Below, one piece after another: positions 59,786 to 64,000 of a stretch of DNA of 64,000 nt; within the stretch, counting starts at the first letter, position 1; each line of letters starts with the position of its first letter. The notes beneath the pieces are model-generated. The model did no database searches and was not told the DNA's origin. It saw nothing but the letters and a program-made list of their open reading frames with translations. This DNA comes from the human T2T-CHM13v2.0 reference genome, Homo sapiens: the NCBI RefSeq assembly GCF_009914755.1, contig NC_060927.1. One strand, 5' to 3'. The position numbers were made by a program, and so were the translations under genes.

Positions 59786-60075
59786 GAAAATTTATCCCAT
59801 GCCTCTCTCCTAGCTTCTGGCAGTTCTTGGCTTTTCTTATAGATAAATCTTTCCAATCTCTGCCTCTGGCTTCACATGGCTCTCTCCTGTGTATGTCTCT
59901 GTGTCTTCTCTTTTTCTGTCTCTTTATCAGGATTTAAGGCCCACTCTAAATTCAGGATGATCTCATCTCAAGATCTTTAACTTAATGACATCTGCCAAGA
60001 CCCAATTTCCAAATAAAGTCACATCCACAGGTGCTAGGGGTTGGTATTTGGAGTATCTTTGGGAGGCACCACTCA
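59786..60075 (-). mobile_element. MLT1B/C LTR fragment
   Basis: CCATGCCTCTCTCCTAGCTTCTGG..TTTCCAAATAAAGTCACATCCACAGG. Confidence 0.8.
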
Positions 60076-61914
60076 CACCTGTCCCGTGGTCTTCCTCTGA
60101 GGATGGGTGAGGAGAAGATCAGTTACTTACTCACTCATCTGCTCACTCCTCCAACAGCTATGCCAAAGGTCATAGGAGGATCCAGGGATATGATAATAAA
60201 TTGGAGAGGATCCCTGCCCTGGAGAATATCACTATTTGGAAGGGCTTTGGGATATGAATAACAGAAACACAAGGAAAGGGATGGTGAGAGCCATAAGATT
60301 CGGAAGCTGAAGGACTAATGGAAGCAGCCCAGAGAGGGAAGGGCTTTCAAAGCAGAGGCTGACATTGTCAGCAAAGGCAGAGGCTAGAGAGCAAAAATAG
60401 GTCAGGAATCCTTGCAACTGAGTTTGGCAGTAATGGCGGGTGTGGGCGAGAGAGAGAGACAAAGATAGAGAAGCAGTCACCCAGAAAACTCAGGCTCCAA
60501 CTGCCATAGTTTCTTTTAGGATATGTGAGGGTGGGCTGGGGTTTGCAGGACCACTTATTCATACCTTCGGGACCCTCCAAAACTGGCCTGGTAGTCTAGA
60601 ACTCCAGGTAGGGATCACCCTGAACTGAACCTGCAGCTAGAAGATGTGGGCTGACCATGAATTCCATATACCTTCACAGGTGAAGTTGTATGAGCCCAGA
60701 ACCAGCTGAGTTCCCCAATCCAGGCTCATGCTAAAGCCAGTTCTGATCATCTCACTTCCTCATTTGGCAAGAAAGCGCCTCTGTCGCAAACCAATTGCTG
60801 AGCTTCATGTCTTTCATGCAAATTTTGCTATAAAATCCTGTCACAACAAACAGAACTGAGCTGCTCCTCGGAGCTCCATGAACGTAGATGGCAGGACTGT
60901 CTTACTTTTTGAGGTAGCAGTCACGACAGTTGTCATGGGGTAATATTATTGCTCCAGAGCCCTGTGGCCAGGGTCCTGCTGAGGGCTCCACACAGAGGGG
61001 ACAGGGTGGCATGTAGACAGAAGGCTCTCACTGACTGGACCTTGGGACCCTTGAGATTCTGAGCCCAAGAGGTGTCACCCCACCCCATTGGACCTTATCG
61101 ACGGCCTCTCCCCTGAAGAGCAAAGGCTGAGGGCAAAAAGGAAAACAGATTAACAGCGCAAAAGCTCCCTGGGTCTTCAGCCAGGAGCGGCAAGTTCCTT
61201 ACAAATTTACACACATGTGGCAGAAGCGTAACAATAAGCAGAGTCGTGCTGGGCTAGCTGCGCCGCTTCTGCCGTGGAAGAACAGGTTCGGCAGCCAATC
61301 TCCTGGGAGGAGCCCTCTTTGGTGGAAATTTGGACACGCAGGAAGAGCACACACTGGTGGGGCCTTGTTCCCTGCAGCACCATCTGGGTGAAAAGGAGGC
61401 CAGCATACGCAGTTTGGAAGCAAGAAGTCACAGCATGAAATATGCAGGACTTCCCTCTCCTAAGGCACAGTTTTCCCAGGTTCAAAATAAGCAGCGTGAT
61501 GTCCTCTGCCCACCCACCCCCTCCTTTTCTTGTAGTGTCCCTTATCTCACTTAACAAAGTGTGGGCTCTCACCAAACCAGAGAGCCTTCCTGAAACAGGC
61601 AGAGAGAGCACTGCTCCCCACCCCTCACATCCTCCCTACCCTTTCCCCCGACCCCCCTCGCCAAGCCACAGAGGGAGGGCAGTTCCCAGGGTAAGCCTCG
61701 TGTGCCAAAAACGGTCTGTGCTCTGCGTGTGCGAGGATTGACAGCCACAGTGGACTAAAGCCAGGAGACTTGGTGTCGAGTTCTAGCTCTGCCACCAACA
61801 TGTTCAGCGGCTTGGAGCATGTCACTTGGTGTCACCACGCCTCCGTTTTCTCTCTGTAAAACAATCCAGGTAGTACGGTATTTCAGTGTTGCAAAGATCC
61901 TTAGAGATTTAGTC

Positions 61915-62138
61915 CAGGAGTTGGCAAAATACAGTCCACTGGCCGATCTTGTTCACCACTTGTCTTTGTAAATAAAGTTTTATTGGAATACAACCACGCC
62001 CCTCCATTTACAACCCATCTGTGGCTGCTTTCATGCTACAGTGGTGGCTTTGGATAGCTGAGAGAGATACTGACCATGTGGTCTACAAGCCTAAAATATT
62101 ATATTTGTCTCTTTACATAAAAAGTTTGCCAGCCCCTG
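61915..62138 (+). mobile_element. MER58A (hAT-Charlie MITE) among MIR fragments
   Basis: TIRs CAGGAGTTGGCAAA / TTTGCCAGCCCCTG; TTGTAAATAAAGTTTTATTGGAA. Confidence 0.9.
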
Positions 62139-63264
62139 CTCTAGGCCAACATCATCATGTTAACAACACAGAAAGAGAGGCATGGGCAGATTAAGGAATT
62201 TGCCAAACTCATAGAGCAAGTCAGGGCAGAGGCTGGGACAGCCTGGCGCTCCTGATTTACATTGGCCCAGAGTTCTTACCTGGTCTAAAGCTCTCCGTCT
62301 GATTCTAGGTAGAAGCTGTGCTGGGGAGAAGCCTTGTGGGGATAGAGGAGCCGGTTCCATGAAAGAAGTCTATGCAGTTGGGGCAGAACCCTGAGACTTC
62401 TGCAGCAGGGACAGTTCTGTTGCATTCTGTATGGGTCAGCGTGAGGCTACCACACCTCAGGGCTGCTGAGCTTAAGAGAGGAGCCAAATGGCTCTCTTGA
62501 TAGGAAATGGGGCTTCAGGTTGGAATCAGATGAGAGCTGGCCTCTGAGGACATTTTAACCACAGGTCACAGCTCTTGGTAAACTTTAGTTGGCTTTTGAA
62601 CCACGGGGAGACATTTTTTCTTGCCTCTTTACTTACTGGCTATTTCCTCCTTCTAGCATTCATTAATCTGACTGGTTAACCATTGAACCCAACTCAGTCT
62701 CCTCTTGTTTCAAATCTTGTTCTCCCTGTTGGCTTCAGAAAAAGAGTTCACACTAAACAAACCTACTTTTTTTCTCTTTCTTTTCACAGCCAGAGCCAAG
62801 TGATAAAGGAGGTGGGGTCAGGGGTGCTATGTTTACTCTAAAAGACACACCCAAACCTGAGCTCTGGGAGTGGGGAGGGCCCTTCTAATGCAGGCCAGCC
62901 ATTTTCAGAAAGAAATGTATCAGCTGCAACAGACACAAGGCAAAAGCAGCTTAATTAATTGGCCTATGGGCACAATTTAGAGAAGAGATTTATACAAGCC
63001 TTAATTTTTCTGATTTCTCCATCATTGTGTAAAGTATCATATTTCCTGCTTCTTAACACAATTGCTATTTGCTTTAAATCCACCAGTTAAATGGAGAGTG
63101 GCTTATAAAAGGAGAATTATAAGAATGGAGGAGGGAACAGAGCCGAGGCTGTGGGAAGGAAAAAGAGAAAGGGGCTGGGGCAATGTAAGGGAAGAGCCTT
63201 CTGAACAGAAGGGCCTCAGAGCCTGACATCAGCCCTGTCACCACTTTCCTGTGAATTGTTAGGG

Positions 63265-63385
63265 TCTGCTGGAATGTAAGCTCCATGAGGACAGGATTTT
63301 ATTTGTTCACTGCTGTATCCCCAGCACCTAGAATAGTGTCTGACATGGAGTAGGTGCTCAGATGTGTATTTGCTGAATGAACGAA
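63265..63385 (+). mobile_element. L2 3' end
   Basis: TGTAAGCTCCATGAGGACAGG..CCCAGCACCTAGAATAGTG..GTAGGTGCTCA..TGAATGAA. Confidence 0.85.
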
Positions 63386-63694
63386 CACAGTCTTTCAGCA
63401 GGGAATTGAGGCCCCACAGTGGTTCATGTGTTGTCTTTGTCCAAACGGATTCAGAAGCTCCTCTTGAATTGGCACAGAAGTCACCATAAAACTTCATGAA
63501 GGACAAGAAGGACTCTCTCTCTCCTGAACCATGAAGATAGCTGCAGAAAAATCTCACCCCCAAGGGTAGTATTTCCACTAAACACCCAGGGAGATCCAGG
63601 CAGTGCCCAACACAGCCCTGTCATTGTGAGTTTCTCCTTGTCATTCAAAGGGACCATATGTACACAATGTACACAATGGGAATTTATACCTTAT

Positions 63695-63830
63695 TCTAAT
63701 AATGCCTACTAGTTAGTGAACACTATTTTGTGTCAGGCATTTCACAAATATTTTCTCATTTAGTCTTCATGGTAACATTGCTAGGTAGCTATTATTACCC
63801 CCATTTTACAGATGAGAAAATGAAAGGTTA
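63695..63830 (-). mobile_element. MIR fragment truncated by the THE1 insertion
   Basis: ATTACCCCCATTTTACAGATGAGAAAA. Confidence 0.75.
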
Positions 63831-63831
63831 C

Positions 63832-64000
63832 TGATATGGTTTGGCTGTGTCCCCACCCAAATCTCATCTTGAATTATGGTTCCCATAATCCCCACACGTG
63901 GTGGGAGGGACCCAGTAGGCGGTAATTTATTCATGGGCGTGGTTACCTCCATGCTGTTCTCGTGATACTGAATGAGTTCTCATGAGATCTGATGGTGTTA
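63832..64000 (+). mobile_element. THE1 (THE1C/D-like) LTR 5' part, runs off the window
   Basis: TGATATGGTTTGGCTGTGTCCCCACCCAAATCTCATCTTGAATT..GAGTTCTCATGAGATCTGATGG. Confidence 0.93.

Overview
Primate (very probably human or great-ape) non-coding genomic DNA of moderate GC content with strong CpG depletion. It contains about 25 Alu copies (AluJ/S/Y, many with clear target-site duplications), L1 fragments of several ages including a three-level nested L1/L1/Alu stack, ancient L2, MIR and L3(CR1) fragments, hAT MITEs (MER5, MER30, MER58A), MaLR/ERVL LTRs and microsatellites. I found no protein-coding exon, pseudogene, structural RNA gene or CpG island, and I could not recognise the locus; it looks intergenic or deep-intronic. 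The supplied ORFs are repeat-derived or chance. I see no evidence for a new gene system. The best leads are (i) a dense CAGCTG E-box cluster at about 35.5-36.0 kb, (ii) a candidate promoter plus splice donor/acceptor set at 60.7-62.8 kb, (iii) a 201-bp pure-purine GGAA/GAAA tract beside a GC-box/G4 element at 5.3-5.9 kb, (iv) a 74-bp non-TE local duplication at 47.4/48.7 kb, (v) a trimeric Alu under one TSD, and (vi) a probable template-switch hairpin in an L3 fossil. Repeat subfamily calls and motif calls were made by eye and need RepeatMasker or PWM confirmation.
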